64,000 nt of DNA from a virus: positions 1 through 64,000 of the IMG/VR virus record IMGVR_UViG_3300007639_000002, one strand, 5' to 3'. This document shows positions 1-9,424 of this stretch, one piece after another. The notes below the pieces were generated by a model. It was not told where the DNA came from and did no database searches. It saw nothing but the letters and a program-made list of their open reading frames with translations. A program made the translations under genes and the position numbers. How positions within the stretch are numbered: the stretch's first letter is position 1; each line of letters starts with the position of its first letter.

Positions 1-887
1 ATGTACAGTGCCTTAACGTCAAGGGCCACACGGCACACGGTGGGCACATAGTTCTTTGTAAACTTCATAAACTGCACACTGCTCGCCGTGACAAACCCCT
101 CAACCATGAACAAAGAAGAGAACACGATGCGGATAGGTAATGGGCTTAAGAACGCAGAGTTGCCATAGTTAACTGATGCGTCTTTTTCAAAGGATGCAGC
201 GTCAAATTCAGTAGCAGAAGCACCTCCAGTCCTAGAGTTGTAAGAAGTTACTGCTTTGTCTACGTAGTTCCAATAGTCTTTTAAGAACGATGTCATATCC
301 GGAGTAATAGACTGCCCAATAATTGAGTCTAAGACATAGAGGTCAGCAAGTACACCTAGGTCAGAAACGTTTGATTGTTGCCAGTTGGCGCCATAGTTAT
401 CAAGGGACCCTGACAAGGTGGCTCCTGTAACTAGGTTTCCATCATTGTCACGGTATTCCGACATGACAACCTCTGCCTGCCTGTCAAACAACAATTCAAA
501 ACTAAACTGAGCATTACCGTTGATTGGTTGAAACATCTGAGCAGGGTCTTGAAGCAGTGGCATCATAGTTTCACCGTTCATTGCCACGCTACGGTCTATG
601 GTTGCAGGGTTAAACTGAAAGAAAAGACGACGTTGTTTTACTTTTGCTGCCGATGGGTTAGATGTCCCACCAAGTACGGCAGGATAGATGCCACGAATAA
701 ACCCTCGTTGGAACCGTGTGTCAACTGTATACCGTTTATTTGAGTTACCTGTAATAGGGTTATAGATGTCAGGTACACGAGAATCCGGATATATGAAGTT
801 AGGGTTATCGTCTACAGTACGTTTAAGGTCTTTAGTAGGACCTTCGTAGTTTGTAAAGTTTTCAAATTGGTTTGTTGCGTAACCCAT
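1..887 (-). CDS. Tail tube initiator/baseplate hub-like protein (3' end runs off the window)
   Basis: ATG overlaps the tape-measure stop; hand translation MGYATNQFEN...RRLFFQFNPATIDRSV; FQFNP motif typical of contractile-tail tube initiators; position after tape measure. Confidence 0.6.
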   Translation of the reverse strand, partial: MGYATNQFENFTNYEGPTKDLKRTVDDNPNFIYPDSRVPDIYNPITGNSNKRYTVDTRFQRGFIRGIYPAVLGGTSNPSAAKVKQRRLFFQFNPATIDRSVAMNGETMMPLLQDPAQMFQPINGNAQFSFELLFDRQAEVVMSEYRDNDGNLVTGATLSGSLDNYGANWQQSNVSDLGVLADLYVLDSIIGQSITPDMTSFLKDYWNYVDKAVTSYNSRTGGASATEFDAASFEKDASVNYGNSAFLSPLPIRIVFSSLFMVEGFVTASSVQFMKFTKNYVPTVCRVALDVKALY

Positions 888-3643
888 TATGTAGTCCTTA
901 GCATAGTTAGGCGAATTTCACGTTCCATTAAAGTGGCTACATCTCGTGCAAGTTTTGGAAGATCATATGTTCCACCGGCTCCACCTTGTAAAGAAATGTT
1001 AGGCGCAACAGTAATATTATAAGAGGCTCCACCAACCATAGTGGTTCCACCACCCATAGCCATTGGAGCGCCTGCTCCAGCACTATTTACTTTTACAGGG
1101 TCACCTGTTGTGCTATACCCTGCCGATTTTACGTATTTAGCAGCAGCGGCTGAGTTTGTATGTGCAGATGAATCCATGCCCTTATACTCACCCCAAGCAT
1201 GGAATGACTTATTACTTGATTTGTAGATAGCGTAAGCAGCACGAGCGTTTACGTTAGGGTCAAGCAATTCTTCATCGGACTTAATGCCAAACTGCTTACG
1301 ACGTGCAGGTCCTAAGTTTCCAATCATGTTGATCTGCATTAAACCAAAAGACTTATCTTTTGTTGTAACGTCAGGGTTATAGGCTCCTGTGTTGAACCTA
1401 GACTCACGTTGTGCAATGGCAACTGCTTTTACAAGATCAGCCCCACGGAATCCTGCGTTATAAAAGATTCGGGCAACTTCAATGCCGCCCAATGTTTTGC
1501 CTTTTGTGGAACCAGTACCGGCCTTACCACCACGTGTAGAGCCTTTTCCACTTCCAGATGATGTTCCAAAGGCAGTAACATGTCCACTTGTACTTAAAAT
1601 CTCACTCATGCCCATTCCAGACCATTTAAAGCCACCACTGCTTCCACCTGCACCGGGGGCAGATTCAGAAAGTGTAGATGCGGCTCCTCCAATAATGACG
1701 GAGTTAGGGTCAAACTTCTCACCCATAGTTCCCCAAGGGGAGCCATTGGCTTCATACTCACGCCGACTTCCCGGAAGTTCTATAGGCTGAACGTGCCATG
1801 GCTCGTTGTTTACATCTGCAAAGTGGCGAAGTCCAAACCGTTCAGCGTTTTCTACAATCCAAGGGAATTCAGATTCTGGTCCTAAGTCTGCTGCAAGTCC
1901 AATTTCGTGCATAGACATTCCCGGAGGAGCAGCAGCAGCACCCTTAACGTGCTTCCAATAAGTACCGTTCCACTTTAAATCTGTCTGTTGATTAGTAGGT
2001 TTATAACGGTCAAGGAACATTGCTTTTTGTTGGGCAGATGAACGAAGCCCGTTACCAATATAAAGGCGAGGGTTTTCTTCTAGCATTGCCTGCACCTTTT
2101 GTGCAAAGCGAGAGTTCAGTTGGCTGAGTGCTCCTGCACTTTTTTTGACGTTAGATGCTTGTGAACCTGACGTAGTTACCTTGGAGTTATTAGGTCCACC
2201 CTTACCTCCACCTTCAGGAGGTCCGTCACCGCTTGCCATGAGTGATGCACCACCAACACCTAGTGCTAAAGAAGCACCACCAGTGGGAGCGGCACCTAGC
2301 GCAGCAGCAGCCATCATACCTGCGCCAGCAATCTTCTTACCCCACTTGGTAACACTGCCCAAGAAACTACGCCCCGGTTTAGTGGCAATGTTTGCACCAA
2401 TTAAACCAGAAGTAAGTTCTTCTATTTTAGTTGTCAGTTTTTCAATGGCTTGAGTATTACGTTCAGCAGCAGCAAAGTTATCATTTTGACGCTTGTAGAA
2501 GTTTTCTTCACGACCAACTTTTACACGTTCTGTTTCTTCAAATTGTGTAGCGTATTGGTTTTTTTCAACACCCATAAAAGAACGTTGTTCTTTGTTACCC
2601 GGGTCATAGAACCCTTTGCCACCCTTTTTTTGGTAGGCAACGTTTTGCTGTGCATATTGGAGAATTGAATCAATCTGGTCTTCAGGTACTCCTGATTGAC
2701 GCAAACGTTCACGGGTCATAGAACCTTGTTGGAACGCTCCCTTTAACATCTTGTCATTAGTTAAACCAGTACGTTTAATAACGTCTTGGTAAACTTCCTG
2801 TTGGGTACGTTGCTTACCACCAACCCCATACATGCCTGTGCCAAGCATCATGAACATTTGGTTGCTGGATTGCGCTGATCCCAATGCTCGTGTTTGTGCG
2901 GCTATGTCAGCGGTGCTGTATTGAAACCCAGAGGATGCTCGCATAGCCTCAACAGAACCTGCTTGACGTTGGGCATTTAGACCAGTAGTAGCCTGAAGAT
3001 TAAGGAGTTCATTAATACCACCCATACCAAGTTTGTACTTTTGAAGTGGCTCTCGGTACGTTTTGTATGTTTGGTTTTGAGACAAACCAGACATCTGCTG
3101 GTACATCATGTTCATGCGGTCAGCACTAAGGCTATAAGAAGCCCCACGTGCAGCACGCTCATCCATTGCGTTTATAGCGGAGCCTGCTAGGTCTTTAATA
3201 GCACCCCATGCTGCACCAGCCATTTGACCTTTAGTAGGAGGAAGTGCTTCGCCACCGCCCCCGCCACCGCCTTGGTAAACGTTTACAGTTTTGTTAGACG
3301 TGTAACTGTTGCCAGAGTTTACGTTGGTAGCAGACCCCGCATCGGGGAAGTAACTTCCACCACCGGCTCCACCTTTAGAAGCAGCAGACATGCCCTTAGC
3401 AACTTTGTTAAGTTCAGATGCCCATTTCTTGGTGCCTTCAATAAGTTTAGGAAGGTCTGCCTGAAACTTTGTTACAAAAGTATTTAACTTTTTAAACTCA
3501 GCGTTAAGTTCTTTAAAAGCAGAAGAGTCAATAGCAGTGCGTGAGTTTACGTTGACCGTGCCAATACCCGGCGACTTACCTACAGCAGCGGTTGCACCGG
3601 GGTCCATTGGACTCCCGCCTACTTGCTTTTCGTTTTCAGCCAT
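887..3643 (-). CDS. Tape measure protein with M15B-type peptidase and lytic transglycosylase domains
   Basis: 918 aa, Ala/Gly-rich, follows chaperone; SMHEIGLAADL...EPWH (M15) and AIAQRES...FGLMQIN (SLT) motifs. Confidence 0.85.
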   Translation of the reverse strand: MAENEKQVGGSPMDPGATAAVGKSPGIGTVNVNSRTAIDSSAFKELNAEFKKLNTFVTKFQADLPKLIEGTKKWASELNKVAKGMSAASKGGAGGGSYFPDAGSATNVNSGNSYTSNKTVNVYQGGGGGGGEALPPTKGQMAGAAWGAIKDLAGSAINAMDERAARGASYSLSADRMNMMYQQMSGLSQNQTYKTYREPLQKYKLGMGGINELLNLQATTGLNAQRQAGSVEAMRASSGFQYSTADIAAQTRALGSAQSSNQMFMMLGTGMYGVGGKQRTQQEVYQDVIKRTGLTNDKMLKGAFQQGSMTRERLRQSGVPEDQIDSILQYAQQNVAYQKKGGKGFYDPGNKEQRSFMGVEKNQYATQFEETERVKVGREENFYKRQNDNFAAAERNTQAIEKLTTKIEELTSGLIGANIATKPGRSFLGSVTKWGKKIAGAGMMAAAALGAAPTGGASLALGVGGASLMASGDGPPEGGGKGGPNNSKVTTSGSQASNVKKSAGALSQLNSRFAQKVQAMLEENPRLYIGNGLRSSAQQKAMFLDRYKPTNQQTDLKWNGTYWKHVKGAAAAPPGMSMHEIGLAADLGPESEFPWIVENAERFGLRHFADVNNEPWHVQPIELPGSRREYEANGSPWGTMGEKFDPNSVIIGGAASTLSESAPGAGGSSGGFKWSGMGMSEILSTSGHVTAFGTSSGSGKGSTRGGKAGTGSTKGKTLGGIEVARIFYNAGFRGADLVKAVAIAQRESRFNTGAYNPDVTTKDKSFGLMQINMIGNLGPARRKQFGIKSDEELLDPNVNARAAYAIYKSSNKSFHAWGEYKGMDSSAHTNSAAAAKYVKSAGYSTTGDPVKVNSAGAGAPMAMGGGTTMVGGASYNITVAPNISLQGGAGGTYDLPKLARDVATLMEREIRLTMLRTT

Positions 3644-3645
3644 AA

Positions 3646-3801
3646 CTAACCTCTACTGTTTGCTCGCCAATGAGCCATTGAATGCCAATATGCCCTTTGT
3701 CTAACGGACATGTTTTTCAAGTCGTTAAACCCAAAACCTTTATATATGGAAGCAATTGATTCGTATTCCCAGTAGGTAACTTGTAAATTAACCGAATAAA
3801 A
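3646..3801 (-). CDS. Probable frameshift extension of the tail assembly chaperone (G/GT-type)
   Basis: Open frame SVNLQVTYWEYESIASIYKGFGFNDLKNMSVRQRAYW... overlaps the chaperone end in the +1/-2 frame and has no start codon near its 5' end. Confidence 0.55.
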   Translation of the reverse strand, partial: FYSVNLQVTYWEYESIASIYKGFGFNDLKNMSVRQRAYWHSMAHWRANSRG

Positions 3802-4573
3802 GTGAAACCCAGTCCATCAAGATCAATAAGTCTCCGTCACATTTGGCGCACTGAGTTTTCACCTCTTCCATTTTTGGACCCGGTGTGTCAGTGGTTAGCG
3901 CCTTTACCAACTTGTTTCTGTCGCCTAAATTCAACTTCTTTGCCCATGCTTCCGTATTATCTGGAGGGCTACCGTTCCAAGTGGAACAGCGTGACAACAT
4001 AAGCGTATTTTGTTCTGCCGTGGTTTTAGCCTTTTTTGCAACGTACAAACTATCCGCACCTGTCGGATAGTTTAATTTTACCACTGACCCATCCTTGAGT
4101 GTTACCTCAATGGGGGTGCGTAAATCACGCTTAGGTGGCTCTACTTTAAAGTCATCATCTAGATTAAGGGTTACAAAGTTTGTAGCATTGCAGTTTCCGC
4201 AACTTACTTCTAAGTCACGCATTCTGCCGTAGGTGGCTTTTACCGTGCCAATGAAAAGCATGTCACGGTCCCCAATCATAAGGTTGTCAATCAACCCGGG
4301 GTTCTCAGATACCTTTAAGTTGCCAATGCTTTGAACAGACCGTTCCAAAAGGATGGACATGTGCTCGGCGTATGACAATTCTTTCTTAGAGGATGCTGAA
4401 GCAACAACCTCTTCGTCTTCTCCAGTAAGTTCCCGGATTGAAGCATTGGTTTGCCATGCCCCTTCTACAGGGTCAAAAACACCCCTAAGCAACTCTACTG
4501 AGGTGTTAGGGGCATCATTGATGCGTGGGGCTGGGTCGGCAATAGCAGCGTTAGCCGCATTTGTATCTGACAT
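3788..4573 (-). CDS. Tail assembly chaperone / T4 gp26-like baseplate hub protein
   Basis: Between tube and tape measure; IRELTGEDE, GDRDML and two CxxC motifs. Confidence 0.65.
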   Translation of the reverse strand: MSDTNAANAAIADPAPRINDAPNTSVELLRGVFDPVEGAWQTNASIRELTGEDEEVVASASSKKELSYAEHMSILLERSVQSIGNLKVSENPGLIDNLMIGDRDMLFIGTVKATYGRMRDLEVSCGNCNATNFVTLNLDDDFKVEPPKRDLRTPIEVTLKDGSVVKLNYPTGADSLYVAKKAKTTAEQNTLMLSRCSTWNGSPPDNTEAWAKKLNLGDRNKLVKALTTDTPGPKMEEVKTQCAKCDGDLLILMDWVSLLFG

Positions 4574-4598
4574 GTTGTACTCCTAATTGTTTAATTAT

Positions 4599-5219
4599 TT
4601 ATTTAGCGGATGGTAATGCGGCGATGTCTTCTGGAGTCCAAGCCAGAATCCAACCCTCATTGTGCAACACCAATTCTTGGATCATGATGTTGTTATCACC
4701 TGCGTTAAGACCACCCATTGCGTATGCGCCGGGCCAGCAGTTGAAGATTTTCATACCAAGTTTTGGTGTGCCTGAGAAAGTAGTTTTACTTCCTGCCTCT
4801 ACGCTGTCTGTATAAGAAGCGTTTGAGTGTGGGTGGTCATATACACGAACTACAACGTCACAACGGTAGTCAGAGCCACCGGTGCTACCGGGAACGCCGC
4901 TCTGCCAGTTGTGAATAAAGCGTTGCCACTTCCACAGTTGGTCTTGTTTTTCAATGACACCACGTGAGAATGTCACGGGATCAAAGTCAGACTGTCCAAC
5001 CATTTTGTGTGGGTGCGTATTCATTCCACCTTCACGGTAAGGAATCATTTCGTTACGTACCGACAAACCTGACATGGCAGCAAATCCAAGTTTGTTGATG
5101 CCTTGAGCAAATTCGCCAAGTCCAATGGTGCTTGGAGCACCTTCATTATTTTGATTTAGCGGGATAAACGAAACTTCAAACTTAAAGTTACGAATTGGGT
5201 CAGTTCTTACAATTGGCAT
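4599..5219 (-). CDS. Tail tube protein (T4 gp19-like)
   Basis: RTDPIRNFKF, YREGG, VTFSRG and NCWP motifs; follows sheath. Confidence 0.9.
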   Translation of the reverse strand: MPIVRTDPIRNFKFEVSFIPLNQNNEGAPSTIGLGEFAQGINKLGFAAMSGLSVRNEMIPYREGGMNTHPHKMVGQSDFDPVTFSRGVIEKQDQLWKWQRFIHNWQSGVPGSTGGSDYRCDVVVRVYDHPHSNASYTDSVEAGSKTTFSGTPKLGMKIFNCWPGAYAMGGLNAGDNNIMIQELVLHNEGWILAWTPEDIAALPSAK

Positions 5220-5229
5220 GTATTACTCC

Positions 5230-6735
5230 TTAAAAGGTTTCTTTGACTTGGTTACCGCCAACAAACTGTGTGACGGAGATGACGATAAATTCAGCAGGTG
5301 CCTGAAGTGCAACGCCAATTTCTACGTGAACTTCACCAACTTCCATAGTGCCGTTTGTGTTGTTCGTGCTGTCACATGTGATGTAATAGGCTTCAGCCGC
5401 ACTACGCCCCTTCAAGCCACCCTGTGCCCAGAAGTTTGAAAGGAAGTTTGCAAGACGGGCTGAGATGTCAGACCACAAACGCTCACCGTTTGGCTCAAAT
5501 ACTGCAAATTGAGTTAATGCTTCCGCATTAGACTTAATGTAATTAAGGCTACGACGAACAGGTACATACTTTGTAATATCAGTCTTCTTAAGGGTGCGAG
5601 CACCATTTACAATAACGCCAGCGCCGGGAACACCCTTAAGGGTGTTGATATTGGAACTGTACAACGTGCCAATTTCTGCTTCGGTGAATGAGTTCACAAG
5701 ACCAAAACAGTTACGCACATCGTATGAATAACCAGCAGGTGCCTTAGCAACTCCACGCTCTGTGTCTACACGAGTGTAAAGACCAGCAAGTGCACCACCG
5801 GGGTAGGTGTCACGAAGTGCAGCAGTTCCTGATGTTGCAGGGTTTGACATCTTCAGCATTGGGTAATACACAGCGGCGTAAGATGAAACTGTGTAACCGG
5901 CAACGGCACTTAAAGCGCCTGCGCTAGTTGTAGCAGTTGCTAATGGATCAATAATTAAGAACGAGTTGCCACGTCCTTCAACATACGCAATTGCACCGTT
6001 GATAATCGTAGAGTTTGACTTACCTACAAGGTTGAAAAGGAGTTGACCCTGTACGGAATCAAAACCAGACAATGCGCTGGACCACGCAGTTTGCGTAGCA
6101 CCGGCGGTGTCGTCAGTCAAAGCAGCACCGGCAGCACCGGCGGTCAAAGTAGCGGTAGCACTAGTTACTGTGTAACTAGCACCAGCAAGGGAGGCTACGT
6201 TGAAAGTTCGGACATATGTAGAGTACGTATTGATAACGTTGTTAACAAAACGATTATTGTCAGGATCAAGACTAAGTTCACTCCAACGTTCTACTTCAGT
6301 ACCACTGTTTTTAACAACAATATTAAAAGTAGGTGTTGAACCTGTAACTAATCCACTTGAGATTTCGCTGGTTAAAGAGTTACCCCATGTACCAACGTTT
6401 GCTGCACGAACAGAAAACACAGTTCCAGAACTGTTACTGAAGGTTCCCGCAACGGTTGCTGCTGCGCTAGAAGCACCTGCACCTGCAACACGTGCAACAT
6501 AGGCAGTACGCCCACCATTTGCAAAGTAGTGGTAAACGGCATAACCTAAATCATATGAACTTGAAAGGTCACCAAAAAGTGATTTATAAGTACCCCAAGA
6601 ATCAACAAGGGTTGGTGTAGTTGGTCCACGGGAAGACGTGCCTAAAAAGGCAGTAGCAGTGGTGGTAGGACCGGTCACTACGGCGGTAGCAAAAGGTCCT
6701 TCGGTTACGTAAACACCGGGTGAGGTGTAAGCCAT
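5230..6735 (-). CDS. Tail sheath protein
   Basis: SPGVYVTE, YFANGG, KAPAG, GARTL, YVPVRR, VFEPN and PAEFI sheath motifs. Confidence 0.95.
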   Translation of the reverse strand: MAYTSPGVYVTEGPFATAVVTGPTTTATAFLGTSSRGPTTPTLVDSWGTYKSLFGDLSSSYDLGYAVYHYFANGGRTAYVARVAGAGASSAAATVAGTFSNSSGTVFSVRAANVGTWGNSLTSEISSGLVTGSTPTFNIVVKNSGTEVERWSELSLDPDNNRFVNNVINTYSTYVRTFNVASLAGASYTVTSATATLTAGAAGAALTDDTAGATQTAWSSALSGFDSVQGQLLFNLVGKSNSTIINGAIAYVEGRGNSFLIIDPLATATTSAGALSAVAGYTVSSYAAVYYPMLKMSNPATSGTAALRDTYPGGALAGLYTRVDTERGVAKAPAGYSYDVRNCFGLVNSFTEAEIGTLYSSNINTLKGVPGAGVIVNGARTLKKTDITKYVPVRRSLNYIKSNAEALTQFAVFEPNGERLWSDISARLANFLSNFWAQGGLKGRSAAEAYYITCDSTNNTNGTMEVGEVHVEIGVALQAPAEFIVISVTQFVGGNQVKETF

Positions 6736-6781
6736 TATAAACTCCTAAATATGTGGGTAGACAGAGAAAACATTTAAAACC

Positions 6782-7453
6782 TTAGTACTCAATATTAGCG
6801 ATTACTTTAGATACCTGCTTGGTTCCATATACATCAGTGGATGGCAACTCTGCCCCCATCTGCAACGTGTAGATTTTGCGGAAAATGCGCTTGCGGTATC
6901 CTGCTTCGGCATCCAGTAGGTCAGCCGTAGTCCAGTCCAAAAGTTCCAAACGACGGTCTGTGTTATCAGCGTCCACATGGATTGACCCCCGCCTAAACGG
7001 GAAAACCTTACGGAGCATCAAAGATGTCATTTGGCGGTCATGTAGAGCAGTACGGGTGTAGGTAGAAATCTGGTAAACAAGGTCTATAGGGACAAACTCG
7101 TTGGTAGACAAGATGGGGAAACTGTTTTTATTGGCAAACTGAGAGAAGTTAGAGGATTCACTAGGCCAATACGTAAGGGCATTGGGTGCTTTTTGCCAGT
7201 TAGCAGGAGCAGACGCACCACCCGCTGTGTTGTAATAATTTAATTCTGACTCCGAGTGCTGCCTATTGCGGGCATGGATAAGGTCAATCATTTCAATTGT
7301 AATGAACGGGTAGTGGCGTTCGGTTTCACCCTCTGGGTACCGAAAGAACACTTGAACGTCACGTGAGGCATCACGATCATCAGTCACAGTTAAACCCGTT
7401 AAACGCTTTTTAATAGCCTCGTCTTCGGCAAGAAGGAATCCAATCTTAGCCAT
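6782..7453 (-). CDS. Probable tail terminator/neck protein
   Basis: Position upstream of sheath; YPFITIE and PIDLVYQI motifs. Confidence 0.5.
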   Translation of the reverse strand: MAKIGFLLAEDEAIKKRLTGLTVTDDRDASRDVQVFFRYPEGETERHYPFITIEMIDLIHARNRQHSESELNYYNTAGGASAPANWQKAPNALTYWPSESSNFSQFANKNSFPILSTNEFVPIDLVYQISTYTRTALHDRQMTSLMLRKVFPFRRGSIHVDADNTDRRLELLDWTTADLLDAEAGYRKRIFRKIYTLQMGAELPSTDVYGTKQVSKVIANIEY

Positions 7454-7872
7454 TAAAGACCGCCCGACAGTCCGGTACGCAGAGTTTGGTTAATGTCAGT
7501 AGACATATCATGTTGGCTACCGATAGCACTTGTACGAAGTAGTGGATCAGGTGGGTTAGTACCATCACCGTATTCAAGGGTCATTGCGTGAGACTGGGTG
7601 GATTCATCGCCCTCAATAGAATAAGAAAACTGCCGACCCTCATGGTCATATGCAACTTTTATTTTATCGGATATATCTTTCCATCCTGATTCCCGTGTAT
7701 TGGCTTCTTTTTGAACACGGGCTTGTTCAGCCTTAGCGTTATCTTTAAACGCTTGCATAAGGATTTCGTCGTACTTTGACAGGATGTTTTGGGCGTAATC
7801 AATGACCCCAAATGACTTCGTAAATACGCCTTTAGAACTCGTGGATGTATAAGAAGAAGAAGAGCCAGTCAT
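7453..7872 (-). CDS. Virion morphogenesis protein (neck region)
   Basis: Position; LEYG motif reminiscent of tail-completion proteins. Confidence 0.4.
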   Translation of the reverse strand: MTGSSSSYTSTSSKGVFTKSFGVIDYAQNILSKYDEILMQAFKDNAKAEQARVQKEANTRESGWKDISDKIKVAYDHEGRQFSYSIEGDESTQSHAMTLEYGDGTNPPDPLLRTSAIGSQHDMSTDINQTLRTGLSGGL

Positions 7873-7934
7873 GGCACACTCCAGAGTTCTAGGCGTTGGA
7901 CCTCCTAGCGCACGCTAAGATTACTTTTAGTTTA

Positions 7935-8471
7935 TCAGGTATTGCCTAGGGTTGAAGGCCAAGGAAGGTTTTTCACAGTCATTGGCGCTGGTCCTGTATC
8001 AAAAGGAAACTCTTGGTCAATGTAAAGTTCCAAGCCTTCAACAACTACCAGTACGTCATCACGAGCACGCCCACGAACTTTGTAAGACTGTACCGCCATG
8101 TATCTACCGTCGTACATAAAGATGTCGTTGAGATGGGCTTGGTATTCAAACGGAGACTGTACCCCTGCTACTCGCATGTCTTCAATGGACGCTACAAGGT
8201 TTACAAGTTGTACAGGTTGGCGACCTTCAGGGATGGCTCGCTTTGTATCTTCTGATTCGGTAATAAGAAGAACGGGAATTGTTATTCCTGTTTTATATTT
8301 ACGACCACCTGTGCCAACGTTGCCTTCGTCATAGACATCATCGTAGGTAGAGCCTGCACTAGCAGCAGCGGCAAAAGGTGAATATTCAAACCACACAACC
8401 GTTTCCCCAACCTTGCGGTGGTATTCACGGTACTGCTTGCGGATTAACCCTAGTTCTCTACGAGCATCCAT
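7935..8471 (-). CDS. Probable head closure/neck protein
   Basis: Synteny after adaptor; YDDVYDE motif. Confidence 0.45.
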   Translation of the reverse strand: MDARRELGLIRKQYREYHRKVGETVVWFEYSPFAAAASAGSTYDDVYDEGNVGTGGRKYKTGITIPVLLITESEDTKRAIPEGRQPVQLVNLVASIEDMRVAGVQSPFEYQAHLNDIFMYDGRYMAVQSYKVRGRARDDVLVVVEGLELYIDQEFPFDTGPAPMTVKNLPWPSTLGNT

Positions 8472-9268
8472 TAGTAGAACGCATTGCTAGTGACCCCAGT
8501 TTCGGGGTCCATGTCAATAAATACGTCGGTACGCAAGTCTTCTTCAGTTTCAATAAGGATATGACCTTCAGACTCTTCAGCAAAAATACGCTCAATTGGT
8601 CCGTAGTCCCCAATTTCCTTGGACTTGTAAAGGGGCACAAGGCGGTTAGTAGTACGGGACATCCGACGAAGACTCAATTGTTCAATGCGTTCAGGACCAA
8701 TATTCAAGTTATTAGCGTGTTTACGGTATTCAACTTCCCAGTGTTGGCACAAACTTTGAAGCATCCGAAACCGCTGGGAGCCGGGGATATGGACAGATTC
8801 AGAAGTCATTACGTCAATGTCACGTGCATACTCCGTCATTAGGGCCTGTAGAGCCTCTAGAAGCGCTCCAAGACCCACAACGTTTAATACCGCCGGAGTA
8901 GCATTTTCTAATGGTGTGCGGATTGTGGGCAGGTGGTAGTTAATAGAATGTTGTGCGTAGTATTGAAGGTCCTCTGGAAGAATCCATTCGTAGTAATAAC
9001 CTTCAACCAAAAGTTGAGTATTAGCCGCTGGAGTGTTAGTTAACCGCAACACACCATTTCGGTGATCCAGTGTGTAGGCAGAAGAAGTTAGAGGAGTTGC
9101 ACTACCACCCACAGTTGTGGCAATCCATACAGTTGTAGGGTCAATGTTAGGCTGACCTACTTCAAAAGTGCGCCCAACAGCATCAAAAGAAACCTGAAAG
9201 AATTTAGGGAAGTCACGCAAATAGTTACGTGCAAGTTGGACTGTGTGCTCTAAAGGTGTTAAAGCCAT
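8471..9268 (-). CDS. Probable head-tail adaptor protein
   Basis: Synteny; ARNYLRD N-terminus. Confidence 0.45.
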   Translation of the reverse strand: MALTPLEHTVQLARNYLRDFPKFFQVSFDAVGRTFEVGQPNIDPTTVWIATTVGGSATPLTSSAYTLDHRNGVLRLTNTPAANTQLLVEGYYYEWILPEDLQYYAQHSINYHLPTIRTPLENATPAVLNVVGLGALLEALQALMTEYARDIDVMTSESVHIPGSQRFRMLQSLCQHWEVEYRKHANNLNIGPERIEQLSLRRMSRTTNRLVPLYKSKEIGDYGPIERIFAEESEGHILIETEEDLRTDVFIDMDPETGVTSNAFY

Positions 9269-9420
9269 TATTGATCTCCTGATCCAACTCCGGGAACGGT
9301 ATCCAGTAACGCCTGATTTAACTGTGGCTGTGTCTCACGATGGCGTGGAGTCATAACACTACGCACCCTTGTGGTGTCAGTAACAGTGCCCGTAGGCTCA
9401 GGAATAAGACGGTCTGTCAT
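9268..9420 (-). CDS. Hypothetical protein (50 aa)
   Basis: Hand-translated MTDRLIPEPTG...; fills the gap with a TAATG overlap. Confidence 0.5.
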   Translation of the reverse strand: MTDRLIPEPTGTVTDTTRVRSVMTPRHRETQPQLNQALLDTVPGVGSGDQ

Positions 9421-9424
9421 CTAA

